DNA from: Candidatus Kerfeldbacteria bacterium RIFCSPLOWO2_02_FULL_42_19
GTDB taxonomy: Bacteria > Patescibacteriota > Patescibacteriia > HO2-48-17
Direction: 5' to 3'
DNA length: 64,000 nt
Assembly: GCA_001818315.1 (NCBI GenBank)
Contig: MHKF01000013.1
Coordinates: 14,612-78,611, forward strand
A program made the translations under genes and the position numbers. Below the pieces are notes generated by a model, which was given only the letters and a program-made list of their open reading frames with translations, had not been told where the DNA came from and searched no databases. Position 1 is the stretch's first letter. Every line of letters starts with the position of its first letter. Below, piece after piece: positions 36,566 through 45,864 of the stretch.

Positions 36566-38770
36566 TTATACAAGAGGCTCTTCAAAATCACCCTCCTCAT
36601 CAGACGCATTTGCATTGGTAGTATGTGTATTTGATCCGTTTCCAATCTTATCCATCTCGGCGATTTCTTTTTCTACATCTGTTGTTGGAGTTGCGTACTT
36701 CGTGCGACTTGCGGTCATCATTTTTTGACGGAGTTCGGCGGGGAAGACCGGATCTGGAACATCGATCGTCTTTGCAGAAAAGGCAGGAGTCACAACACCG
36801 TCGATAGACATCTTGAGATACATTTCGCGAATTCCAAGATTAATAATATCATATCCACTGAATCGCGGAGCAAATTCGTTGGCAATGTAATTGGCGTCAT
36901 CGGCGCCCATGCGCAGGGTAATAAGCGAACCTACATTCCCAAACACCGTCTCGCGCGTGGAAGCAAGTAACTGCCCAAGATACTGATGTGAAATCGTGAG
37001 GTTCAAGCGATATTTACGAGCTTCCGAGAGAATGTTATCAAATGTTTTTGTCGCAAAATTCTGAAATTCATCAACATAGAGATAAAAATCTTTCCGTTTT
37101 TCTGCGCTTAAAAATGCACGTGCCATGGCGGCTTGTTCGATTTTGGTGATGATGAGCGAACCAAGGAGCGCTGCATTTTCTTCACCGAGTTTTCCTTTTG
37201 AAAGTTCCACAAGCAGAATCTTTTCGTTATTCATAATTTCTTCAAGATCCACCTTGTTTTTGGATTGTGCTACGATATTCCGTACCATTTCGTTAGAGAG
37301 GAATTGTCCTAATTTGTTGACGAGCGGCACGATTGCTTCGTTATCAAATTTTTCCGACCAACTCGAAAATTCATTTGCCCAGAATTTTTTGACGACATGA
37401 TCTTGGATGACTGTAATCACTTGCTGGCGATACGCGCGATCTGTAAGCATCTTTTGAATGCCCATAATCGTCGCTTTCGGATAATCCAATAGCGCAAGAA
37501 CAGTAAATCGGAATACATGCTCAATTTTCGGTGACCAATCAGCGCCGAAAAATTTTTTAAACACTTCAATTAACCCCTGCGTTGTTTGTTGTTTGAATTC
37601 TCGCGACACGTTTGCTACAGGGTTAAAGGCAATCGGATAATCTAAATCCGCTGGACTAAAGAGTACGAGATCACTGATGCGCCTTTCCGGAACATGCGCG
37701 AGTACCGCCTGCACGAGATCACCGTGAGGATCAATCACACACACGCCTTTGTGCATCTTGATATCATCGGCAATAAGTTTTTCAAGGAGTTTGGATTTTC
37801 CGGTGCCGCTTTTACCTACAACATACAGATGCCGACGACGATCTTCGCGTTTAATTCCGAATTCCATCTGCTGTCCACGAAAATTTGTGACACCGAAAAT
37901 CGAAATATCCTGTGTCGGTGTATTTTCCGTAGAAGGTAAATGCATAGGCGGTTCAGCACGTCGAGAATAAAGCCAGTTCACGCCACTGATCTTGGACGCA
38001 GCATCTGGCGCGTGAAAGAGTGCTGCGATTTCGTCAGTGTTAAATACGCCAGTGGGTTGCTCTGAGTGACTAAAATAAGCATCGACCGCCGTCTGCACAG
38101 CAGGAGCCGTCTTTACAACGATTTGGAGTTGTTCTGTAGAAAACGGACTAAAAATGCTTTCAAAAGAAGCGTTGTGCATGTCAATGTGCGATGCGTTATT
38201 TGGAAAATAGAGGATGCGAATTGTCGTATTAAACTTCGGTTTTACTACCTGAATCTCCTGTTTTTCTGCAAAGCCATATAGACCGCTCGCGCGTGTGCCT
38301 TCGCCGGTGAGTGATTCATCTACTGTGCGGAGAATCAGCTGAAAAAAAACTGCATCCGTAGCTGGAATCTGACCCAAGACATTGAAAAAAGCATTCAGGG
38401 GATCCGCGCTCATCGTGCGCGCCGAGCGCAGTGAAAAAGCTTCGCTGCCTTTGAGTTGGACTTGAAAACCGACCGCTTGCGATGGAAGTCGGCTGAGTTG
38501 ATCATAATCGTCCATTGCTTCGAGCGAAGCATCTGGGAAGAGTGCATAAAAAAATGACCGTACCGTCGCAACGAGTACGTTGGGAGCGATCATATAAAAA
38601 TTCATGATGCCGCGAATTTGCACAATTTCGAGGCCGAGTGTTTCTTTATGATCCGACAGCGGCAAAAAAATACTGTAAAAAAAAGTTTCAAATTTTTCGA
38701 TTTGATTCAGAACGTTGGTATGCGCGCTCTCAAAAGGAAAACGCACACGAAGCATGACGGGTTGTTTCAT
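36566..38770 (-). CDS. large soluble ATPase of the VirD4/TraG/TrwB (DUF87/AAA_10) family
   Basis: About 735 aa. Walker A VVGKSGTGKSKLLEKL, then CVIDPHGDL, Walker B YLYVDEFQNF, and a C-terminal TraG-D_C-like region. No N-terminal TM helices. Confidence 0.6.
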   Translation of the reverse strand: MKQPVMLRVRFPFESAHTNVLNQIEKFETFFYSIFLPLSDHKETLGLEIVQIRGIMNFYMIAPNVLVATVRSFFYALFPDASLEAMDDYDQLSRLPSQAVGFQVQLKGSEAFSLRSARTMSADPLNAFFNVLGQIPATDAVFFQLILRTVDESLTGEGTRASGLYGFAEKQEIQVVKPKFNTTIRILYFPNNASHIDMHNASFESIFSPFSTEQLQIVVKTAPAVQTAVDAYFSHSEQPTGVFNTDEIAALFHAPDAASKISGVNWLYSRRAEPPMHLPSTENTPTQDISIFGVTNFRGQQMEFGIKREDRRRHLYVVGKSGTGKSKLLEKLIADDIKMHKGVCVIDPHGDLVQAVLAHVPERRISDLVLFSPADLDYPIAFNPVANVSREFKQQTTQGLIEVFKKFFGADWSPKIEHVFRFTVLALLDYPKATIMGIQKMLTDRAYRQQVITVIQDHVVKKFWANEFSSWSEKFDNEAIVPLVNKLGQFLSNEMVRNIVAQSKNKVDLEEIMNNEKILLVELSKGKLGEENAALLGSLIITKIEQAAMARAFLSAEKRKDFYLYVDEFQNFATKTFDNILSEARKYRLNLTISHQYLGQLLASTRETVFGNVGSLITLRMGADDANYIANEFAPRFSGYDIINLGIREMYLKMSIDGVVTPAFSAKTIDVPDPVFPAELRQKMMTASRTKYATPTTDVEKEIAEMDKIGNGSNTHTTNANASDEEGDFEEPLV

Positions 38771-38796
38771 ATACATTACTTAACAAGAAAAATAGT

Positions 38797-38975
38797 GGAC
38801 TGTCAATGAATGCGTTAATGCAGTGCGACTATCGCCGAATACTATTTCTTGTCCAATGCACAAAGCAAAAGAGGAGGAAGACTCTCCTTTCTCAGCACAC
38901 TGTGCAGTGTCAGTGCTTCGAAAGCGAGCGTCTGCCTCCTCTTTTTTCTATGATTCACATTCATTGCTTACAATT
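38797..38975 (+). repeat. MITE type A, copy with degenerate or duplicated TIRs
   Basis: Left end GGACTGTCAATGAATGCG plus a second partial GACTATCGCCGAATAC. Stem AAGAGGAGGAAGACTCTCC, conserved core, eroded right TIR. Confidence 0.65.
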
Positions 38976-39107
38976 CGGCTCCCAGTACGGAACGCGTCAT
39001 TTCTCAACACAAAGACCCTTCCTGTATTGAGTCCTGAGACTTGCTACAAGAAGGGTCTTAAAAATTACATACTCTCACTTAGGTTATCCGAAACATTTTT
39101 GCGTACA

Positions 39108-41489
39108 TCACGATTTTTTTACGATCTTCGCGATGAGCGCTTGCGTTTCCGGAGTGCCCACAAGCGAGAGAAAAGCTTCGCGTTCGAGATCAAGTAGATC
39201 CTGTTCAGTGACGAATCTACCGAGGTGGGTAGTCCCGCCACAGAGAATGTATGCAAGTCGACGGATGATGGTTGCTGAATGCGAGTCAAACGGAACCTCG
39301 AGCGCGATGATCACCCCTTCTGCGAGCGGCTGAGAGAGTGAGCATCCCGGCAGGTTGAAAAGAAACGGTTTCCGCGGCAGGTATAGCTGCTGTCCATTGA
39401 GCCAAAGCGCTTCTTGGCAAGCACGAAACAACACGTGCTCCTGACCGAGTCCACGCGAATGCACGATGAGATCATCGCATCGCAAGAATCCAAGATCTCG
39501 CGCGTGCACTGCGTGTTTGGAGCGAGCACACATTACGTGCAGCAGAAGCACTGGCTTTATGAACTGCCACGCCACCTCAACTGTCCAACCCGCGCCTGTC
39601 ATCACCTGAAACGGAATTCCCTCCAGTGCGTTCCGCAACGTACGCATGCATCCGCCCGCTGCCGCTACCAGACCCACATCCTTTTCCGGTTGACCCTGAA
39701 ACAGCCAGAAGTTTGCGACTGTGCGAGTACTTGCAAGGATGAGCTCACTACCAAGACCAAGTGCGAGGCTATGCGGTGCGACGACGACAGGCACTCTCGC
39801 ATAGGTCATCCTCTGCGTGAGATCCTGTGCCGTCACCAAAAACCGTTCGATCTCGGCGAAGTTTCCTGCCTGAGCCTGCTCCAGTAGCCACAAAAGATTT
39901 GCACCTGCAGAAAACGCCTTCTTGTGCGCATGTCCGACTATCACCGGGAGGTCGTCTGCTTCGGCAATGTTGAGTGCATCTTCTAACACATCAACGCATT
40001 GGAGAGTGAACGGATTCACCACACCCGAGTGGAATTCTACCAGCACCACATCGAGATCACCCAGACGGTATGCTGTCGCATCATTATTTTGACTGATGAT
40101 GTTTCCTCCATCCTCCCTTCGCAGTTCTTCGAGATCGATTATTTCTTCAGTCTCGGGAATGGACTGCCATACGCCATTACTTTGTCGTACACTCTGTGGT
40201 TTCTGTGGGGTACTATAGATGTGCACGCCAGCTTCTCGATACCAATCAGGTATCGCTGTCGCTGTAAAATAACCGACCTGCTCTGCACCGGCAATCACTG
40301 CAACACGCCCTATCATTTCACAGATCTGCAGAGGGCCGATGGGCCAGTTGAACCCCCATCGCATAGCCTTGTCAATGGAAAGTAGATCCTCACAGACTTT
40401 CCCCACGAGCCAGAGCGCGTAGGTAAGGACCGGGTAAAAGCAGTTCCGAGCAAATTCGGCTGCTGCATCTGGCCCCTGTAGAAGATGCTGGCGCGCTTTG
40501 TGAGCATCGCCCTGCTGCGTGAGTAGCGATGCTTCGCTCAGAGACGGGTACCTGTTCGAAGGTTGTTCAGGAAGGTACGGAACGTACATGTTGCTCTCAA
40601 AGTCGAAGACGAACTTCTGCTTGCCCTCACGAGCGTAGAACCCACGCTGATTCAGAGCGTTGCGACCCGTATGACAGAGCTTCACAAGTCGCTCGACGAA
40701 TTCGATGGGGTGGAAGTAGTGAAGGAACGGGTCGGGCTCGAGGTGCTCATAGTCGAACACGTTACTCGCGACCGGTTCCAGTAACTGCAGACCGACGATG
40801 TCTGCCGTGTTGAGCGGTTTCCAACCGAACAGTACCTGGAACACCGCATCAACATCATTGACCAGCATGCCCTTTGGCCAGTGAAAGAAAGGAATCTGCA
40901 TGGCCATGACGCCAAGTCGGTTCCCGATGAAGTTCGGCGTGTTAAAAACTTCTATAACTCCTTTCTGTAACACATCACGCCCGAACTCCATGAAGGCTGT
41001 GAAGAGTTGCGGATCTGTTGCAGTCCCCGCACAGACCTCGAGTAACGGCAGAACGGCAACTGGATTGAAGAAATGCGTGACGAACGTATTTTCACGCAAG
41101 TCTTGTGAAGTGCCCGCAACGATCTCATCAATGTTGAGGCCGCTCGTGTTGGAGCTCACGATAGCTTCTGCTCTGCGGTGCTGATCGATGAGTCTGAAGA
41201 CACCTTGCTTCACCTTGAGCTCTTCATAGACTGCCTCGACGATCCAATTGGCATCCGCGAGTCGCTTGTCATCAACACCGATTGTACACGGTCGAATGCG
41301 AAGCAGGTCTTGCGCAGAGAATACTGCACCGCGTTCAAGTAACTTCTCCCATGCGAGTTGAGAAACTTGCACGTCACCTTGCTGGACATCGAAGAGATCC
41401 ACATCAAACCACTGGGCAAGCCAGCCGGCAATCTGTGATCCCATCGTGCCCGCGCCGATAACGGCGACACGACGAATGTTGAGTTTCAA
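39108..41489 (-). CDS. fused 3-hydroxyacyl-CoA dehydrogenase (N-terminal) / enoyl-CoA hydratase (C-terminal), GC-rich
   Basis: 793 aa. N-terminal NAD Rossmann motif VAVIGAGTMGSQIA and HCDH core (EAVYEEL..SNTSGL..HFFNP..NRLG). C-terminal crotonase fold with KKAFSAGANL. GC is about 55%. Confidence 0.8.
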   Translation of the reverse strand: MKLNIRRVAVIGAGTMGSQIAGWLAQWFDVDLFDVQQGDVQVSQLAWEKLLERGAVFSAQDLLRIRPCTIGVDDKRLADANWIVEAVYEELKVKQGVFRLIDQHRRAEAIVSSNTSGLNIDEIVAGTSQDLRENTFVTHFFNPVAVLPLLEVCAGTATDPQLFTAFMEFGRDVLQKGVIEVFNTPNFIGNRLGVMAMQIPFFHWPKGMLVNDVDAVFQVLFGWKPLNTADIVGLQLLEPVASNVFDYEHLEPDPFLHYFHPIEFVERLVKLCHTGRNALNQRGFYAREGKQKFVFDFESNMYVPYLPEQPSNRYPSLSEASLLTQQGDAHKARQHLLQGPDAAAEFARNCFYPVLTYALWLVGKVCEDLLSIDKAMRWGFNWPIGPLQICEMIGRVAVIAGAEQVGYFTATAIPDWYREAGVHIYSTPQKPQSVRQSNGVWQSIPETEEIIDLEELRREDGGNIISQNNDATAYRLGDLDVVLVEFHSGVVNPFTLQCVDVLEDALNIAEADDLPVIVGHAHKKAFSAGANLLWLLEQAQAGNFAEIERFLVTAQDLTQRMTYARVPVVVAPHSLALGLGSELILASTRTVANFWLFQGQPEKDVGLVAAAGGCMRTLRNALEGIPFQVMTGAGWTVEVAWQFIKPVLLLHVMCARSKHAVHARDLGFLRCDDLIVHSRGLGQEHVLFRACQEALWLNGQQLYLPRKPFLFNLPGCSLSQPLAEGVIIALEVPFDSHSATIIRRLAYILCGGTTHLGRFVTEQDLLDLEREAFLSLVGTPETQALIAKIVKKS

Positions 41490-41769
41490 TGTGCACCTCC
41501 TTATATTCAGACTGTCTGAGAACTGCCAGTGTGGCGATTCTTGAAAATTTCGTTAACTAACCTTAGTCTCGAAATATTCAAAAAGTAATTGTCAGACAGT
41601 CTGTGCGAGATTCTGTAAATAACCTGCTCAAAAAACATCAGTACAACTTTAGGACTCTTCTTACAAAAAAAGAGGCCGTACACAAAGCTGACTGTCTGTC
41701 TTTAAAGACATGGCTATCCTACTAAAGAAATAGATTGTGTGCAAGATCACCTCATGGAGTCGAAAAACA

Positions 41770-41815
41770 GACAGAGACCTCGAGAAAAAAATTCTACGAG
41801 GTCTCTCTGAGATCT
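41770..41815 (-). terminator. rho-independent terminator after the 41842-43869 gene
   Basis: On the minus strand, AGAGACCTCG...CGAGGTCTCT hairpin followed by GTCTGTTTTTCG. Confidence 0.5.
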
Positions 41816-41841
41816 CTTATGATACCTTTCGCTCATCGACC

Positions 41842-43833
41842 TTACCGCTGCCTGAGTAAAAAGTTAATGCCTTTGGTTTGTTCATCTGCTTTTACCGTGA
41901 CTCCGGCTGCAGAAGAAGCATCTGATGCGTCGTTGTAATATTCTGTTTCGTATCCAGTACTTGCCACATATAGTTTATAGGTCCCCGCAGCCAGGCCATC
42001 CAAAATATAATATCCATTCTCATCCGTATACGCATAGTTCGATTTACCATACACCCTCACAGGGTATCCGGAAAGCGGCAGATTATTTGCTTCATCCCAA
42101 ACATATCCACTCACAGAACCTGCTAGTACAAGCTGCATATCCACTTGTCTTTGTTTACCGGCATCCAAAGTCTTCGTCACAATACGCTCTACATAATCAG
42201 TTGTCTGTACCCGAATCCGATATTTTCCTGCTTTCAACCCTTGCATCAGATAATATCCGTCGCTGTCCGTTGTTGTCGTTGTATACCCTTCGTCTTTTTC
42301 TGTATCGACAGAATATATCGTTACCGTCGCATTATCTACTGGCGCATTTTGAGAGGTCACGCGCCCAAATACCGCAGATGCCGTCTTTAAAGTATATTTT
42401 TTATCGGAAATGTTTGCATCAATCGTTACACTTTCCTTTTTCAAAACAATATACCCATCTTTCATAATTGTCAGTCGGTATTTTCCTAAAGCGATTTCAG
42501 AAAAATTAAAATTTCCGTTGCCATCGCTTGTTGCTTTTGCAACCCACGTATTCGTTCGAGGTGTATTCCGACTGTAAAGATACAGTGTCGCGTTATCGAG
42601 ACCCGCGTTATTTTTATCTCGGACTTGTCCACTGAAACTAAAACTTGAATCAAGACTAAAATTTCGACCCGATGTCGTTTCTCCAGACTTCACGACAATA
42701 TTGTACCGTTTTTCCGTCACAAACCCGGTTTTTGAAACCGTCAGTTTGTAACGCTTATTCGGACGCAAATTGGAAAAAGTATATGCGCCGTTATTGCCCG
42801 ACGTTGTGGTATATGTGTGTCCACTGCCATCATTAGCTGTCATCGTCGCATTAGCGATCGCGGTTGTTCCGTCATCTTCATATACAAATCCCGTGATGCT
42901 TCCACTTCGAGCTAGTGACACGTTACCTGCGCTCACCGTCGATTCGTCAGCGGTAATGCTTACGAGTCTTTTCTTCGCAATGTATCCGTTGGTACTTACT
43001 TCTAATGTATACGTGCCAACTGCCGTGCCATTGTAATCTGTAATATCAAAGACGGAGAGAGTAAAATCACCGTTTGCATCCGTTGTTGCTGTGTAGGTAT
43101 AGTAGGTTGAATTTTGATCCGACATCACAACTGTTGCGCCAGACAGTGGATTACTATTTTTATCCGTCACTTTCCCCGTTACACGACTTGCGCCTGTGAG
43201 TGTTACATTCTGCGTGTAGGTCTGTCCATCTTGTACGAGATTGATATCGTTGAGGATTTTTCCAAAATATCCTTGTCGGATCACATACATATCATACAAA
43301 CCTGTGGCTGTTCCTACGCCTGTGCCATAGGGAGTAGGCGCTACATAATACGAACCATCGGGTGTGCTTATTGAACCTCCAGAGCTGCGTATGGATCCAT
43401 CGACATTGTAGAGCGTCACACTCGCTTCATAGATCGGCGTCGTACCATTGGAAGCATACACATGACCCGTGAGCAGTGCGCGACGCGTCAAGGTAAAATT
43501 CACTCCAGTTTTATTTTCGCCGCTAGCGACCGTGACTGATTGTTCTGAAACAATAAACGTTGCTGTCGGTTCATCAGCGGTACTGCGGTAATTGTATACG
43601 GTATACGTACCGGCATTATCAACGGTAATAGAGTAGGCTCCGGCTGCATCGGTCGAATCGCCATCAGTCGTGCCGAGCGTTGCATCCTTCGCAAATATAA
43701 ACATGGTCGTGACTGGAGTTCCATCGGTGTGAGTGACGGTGCCTGAAATACTGATTGCGAGAACGTCGTGCCAGAAAAATATACCAACGAGGGTGAAAAA
43801 ACTAAAAAAAGTAGAAAGTAAAAATCTTTTCAT
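41842..43833 (-). CDS. secreted protein with tandem carboxypeptidase-regulatory-like / Cna-B-like beta-sandwich domains
   Basis: Signal peptide MKRFLLSTFFSFFTLVGIFF, then at least 6 repeats of roughly 90 aa rich in T/G/Y/V with a G-x-V/Y-x-F periodicity (ISGTVTHTDGTPV, LTGHVYASNGTPI, VTGKVTDKNSNPL, ITGFVYEDDGTAI, FSGQVRDKNNAGL, VFGRVTSQNAPV, VSGYVWDEANNLPL). Confidence 0.6.
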   Translation of the reverse strand: MKRFLLSTFFSFFTLVGIFFWHDVLAISISGTVTHTDGTPVTTMFIFAKDATLGTTDGDSTDAAGAYSITVDNAGTYTVYNYRSTADEPTATFIVSEQSVTVASGENKTGVNFTLTRRALLTGHVYASNGTTPIYEASVTLYNVDGSIRSSGGSISTPDGSYYVAPTPYGTGVGTATGLYDMYVIRQGYFGKILNDINLVQDGQTYTQNVTLTGASRVTGKVTDKNSNPLSGATVVMSDQNSTYYTYTATTDANGDFTLSVFDITDYNGTAVGTYTLEVSTNGYIAKKRLVSITADESTVSAGNVSLARSGSITGFVYEDDGTTAIANATMTANDGSGHTYTTTSGNNGAYTFSNLRPNKRYKLTVSKTGFVTEKRYNIVVKSGETTSGRNFSLDSSFSFSGQVRDKNNAGLDNATLYLYSRNTPRTNTWVAKATSDGNGNFNFSEIALGKYRLTIMKDGYIVLKKESVTIDANISDKKYTLKTASAVFGRVTSQNAPVDNATVTIYSVDTEKDEGYTTTTTDSDGYYLMQGLKAGKYRIRVQTTDYVERIVTKTLDAGKQRQVDMQLVLAGSVSGYVWDEANNLPLSGYPVRVYGKSNYAYTDENGYYILDGLAAGTYKLYVASTGYETEYYNDASDASSAAGVTVKADEQTKGINFLLRQR

Positions 43834-43982
43834 ATGAACGCGCTTAATGATCTGAATGATAAAATACATCGAAAATTTAATAATGACACAAAATTTTATT
43901 TTTCTCTGGAGTTTACGTATACTAAAACTATAATCAGTATAATACTCTATGATGGAATTGCAAATCGGTGTAAAAGCGCTTT

Positions 43983-44479
43983 TTACACCGTCTCAAGAGG
44001 GCTACTTTTAAAAATAGTGTGATAATTTTTGAGGCAATTTTTAAGACACTGCCTATATGTTTCTTCGATATACTGATAACCTTCGTCTTTTAAGTGCTGC
44101 ACGACGATCGGACGAATCTTCGCAAGCATGCGATTCGAAAGTTTTGGAAAGAGGTGATGTTCAATGTGACACTCGATAAAGGCATTGCCGCCCATGCCTT
44201 GTTCCAGAAGCGCGATTCTACAAACGCATTGTGTCGTGTTTCGTGCGTTCCGGTGATTCCGATGCCGTAGTAGGCGTAGGAAATAATGATTATGCCAAAG
44301 ATTTTGAATAAGATTCCGGTTTGTGCAAATATAAGGAATCCGCTCGCAAAGAGCAGTATGCGTAGCAGAAGATATACAAATTCCATGCCGTGCCGTTGCC
44401 ACCAATTTTGAGTTTTTACGATATTGTGGACTTTTTCCGAAAGCGCTTCGAAATTTTTTTGTGAAAGCTGAATTTCCAT
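43983..44479 (-). pseudogene. membrane fatty-acid desaturase remnant (internal deletion plus frameshift)
   Basis: One frame (44479 down to about 44200) encodes the N-terminal TM region and His box 1 HETRHNAF. A second frame (about 44190 down to 43983) encodes His box 3 and the C-terminus (NAFIECHIEHHLFPKLSNRMLAKIRPIVVQHLKDEGYQYIE). The central part of the protein, about 150 aa including His box 2, is absent. Confidence 0.55.
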
Positions 44480-44828
44480 AGTTCAAAAAAATGGAATCAG
44501 TAAACTTGCCTGTTAGAAACGCAAAATAACTTTTACCATATTCATATTATCAACTATACCGGTTGTATAATCAATATGCCAGTATTGACGCAATAGGGAA
44601 GAATTGCTACGTTAGGCATGCTGACGAAACATGCGGCAAGAGAGTTTTTTTTCTTCAATGAAATTGTTTCTTAATTTTGACATGCTCACATATTATTATT
44701 GCTGATGCCCACCAGCCGATATATACTATAATAAGTTGTTTTTACAATCGAAAAAGCAAACTTTTATAACCGTCGGCAGTGTCATGCTTTGCTGATTGCT
44801 CGCCGATAAATAATTTTGAATACTTTCT

Positions 44829-45608
44829 ATGAATAAACGCATCCTCTTTCTCCTTGCAGGTATTATTGTGATTGAGTTGATCGGCTTGTCTCTTGGTCTT
44901 ATCCGAATCAAACAGTCACAGAATCAAACGAACCAAGAAGCTGGCGGTAACTGCGGCGGGATCGCAGGTCTTGAATGTCCCGAAAATTATGTGTGCTATT
45001 ATCCCGAAGATGCGAATTTTCCAGATGCCATGGGCGAATGCATTCCTCAATACGTTGACAGAGGCAGTGTCAATACGGGTGTTTCCGACTGGCCAACATA
45101 TACGAACGAACAATACAACTTTTCTATTCAGTACCCCAATGATTGGGGCGTGACTACTTATTCACCAGTGGAAACTCATTTTACTCCTTTGAGTGGAGAA
45201 TCCATGAAGTTTATTGTTTTCGATTATAGTGACGCGCCAGCAACGGCTACTGAAATGACTGGCCTAGGTTTTACAAAACAAGAACTCGATCAGAAAAAAA
45301 CTGAAATTACAACGAATGCCGCTACACAAAATATCAATGATGCACCGGTTTACATGAGCGGTGCGTATGATAAATCAGCGGCTACGCTTATTCGGAAGGC
45401 TGAATTTTTTGTTGGTGATGATTATGTGCTTTTTACTATGCCAGTTATGAGCAATCTGCTACCAGATAGTAAGTATGTTGTTGATTTTGGATCGCCCGAA
45501 CAATTAGATGCAATGATTGCTCAGATTGAACGCGGAGAAGCAGGAAGTGATGCAACACAAAAAGTTGAAATGTTTGACGCAATGCTTCGCACATTGCAAG
45601 TGCAATAA
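44829..45608 (+). CDS. hypothetical exported protein (N-terminal TM/signal anchor)
   Basis: 259 aa. No family recognised. Confidence 0.45.
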   Translation: MNKRILFLLAGIIVIELIGLSLGLIRIKQSQNQTNQEAGGNCGGIAGLECPENYVCYYPEDANFPDAMGECIPQYVDRGSVNTGVSDWPTYTNEQYNFSIQYPNDWGVTTYSPVETHFTPLSGESMKFIVFDYSDAPATATEMTGLGFTKQELDQKKTEITTNAATQNINDAPVYMSGAYDKSAATLIRKAEFFVGDDYVLFTMPVMSNLLPDSKYVVDFGSPEQLDAMIAQIERGEAGSDATQKVEMFDAMLRTLQVQ

Positions 45609-45626
45609 TCCACTACAATGAATCAA

Positions 45627-45809
45627 CTATGATAGATTTTGACCGATCGTTTCAATTTCAAAGTGTACAAAATCTCCCTTTTCAATATGCCATGCTTTCG
45701 TAAAGCCCCATCCGTTCCATTTCCAAATAGCAACATGTTTCGTCACATCATGGCCTTTGTGAATAATCTCCTTCGATGACGATAAGGTCATTTTTTCCGT
45801 CATTATCAA
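45627..45809 (-). CDS. small hypothetical protein, possibly co-transcribed with the upstream AAA ATPase
   Basis: 60 aa, Trp-rich (WKWNGWGF). Weak support. Confidence 0.25.
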   Translation of the reverse strand: MIMTEKMTLSSSKEIIHKGHDVTKHVAIWKWNGWGFTKAWHIEKGDFVHFEIETIGQNLS

Positions 45810-45864
45810 TATCCGCGATACTCAATTATTCAAATAAAGGTCTATTTTTTACATTTCACATTCT

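Noticed and set aside
16874-38975. Possibility that the repeated hairpin elements are a CRISPR array
   Set aside because: There are no regularly spaced short direct repeats with unique spacers. The copies are dispersed over tens of kb, are inverted relative to each other, and carry TIRs. This is the behaviour of a MITE, not of CRISPR.
43983-44486. Treating 44090-44479 and 43983-44486 as two independent small genes
   Set aside because: They overlap in different frames, and together they reconstitute the N- and C-terminal pieces of a single desaturase. I interpret them as one pseudogene.
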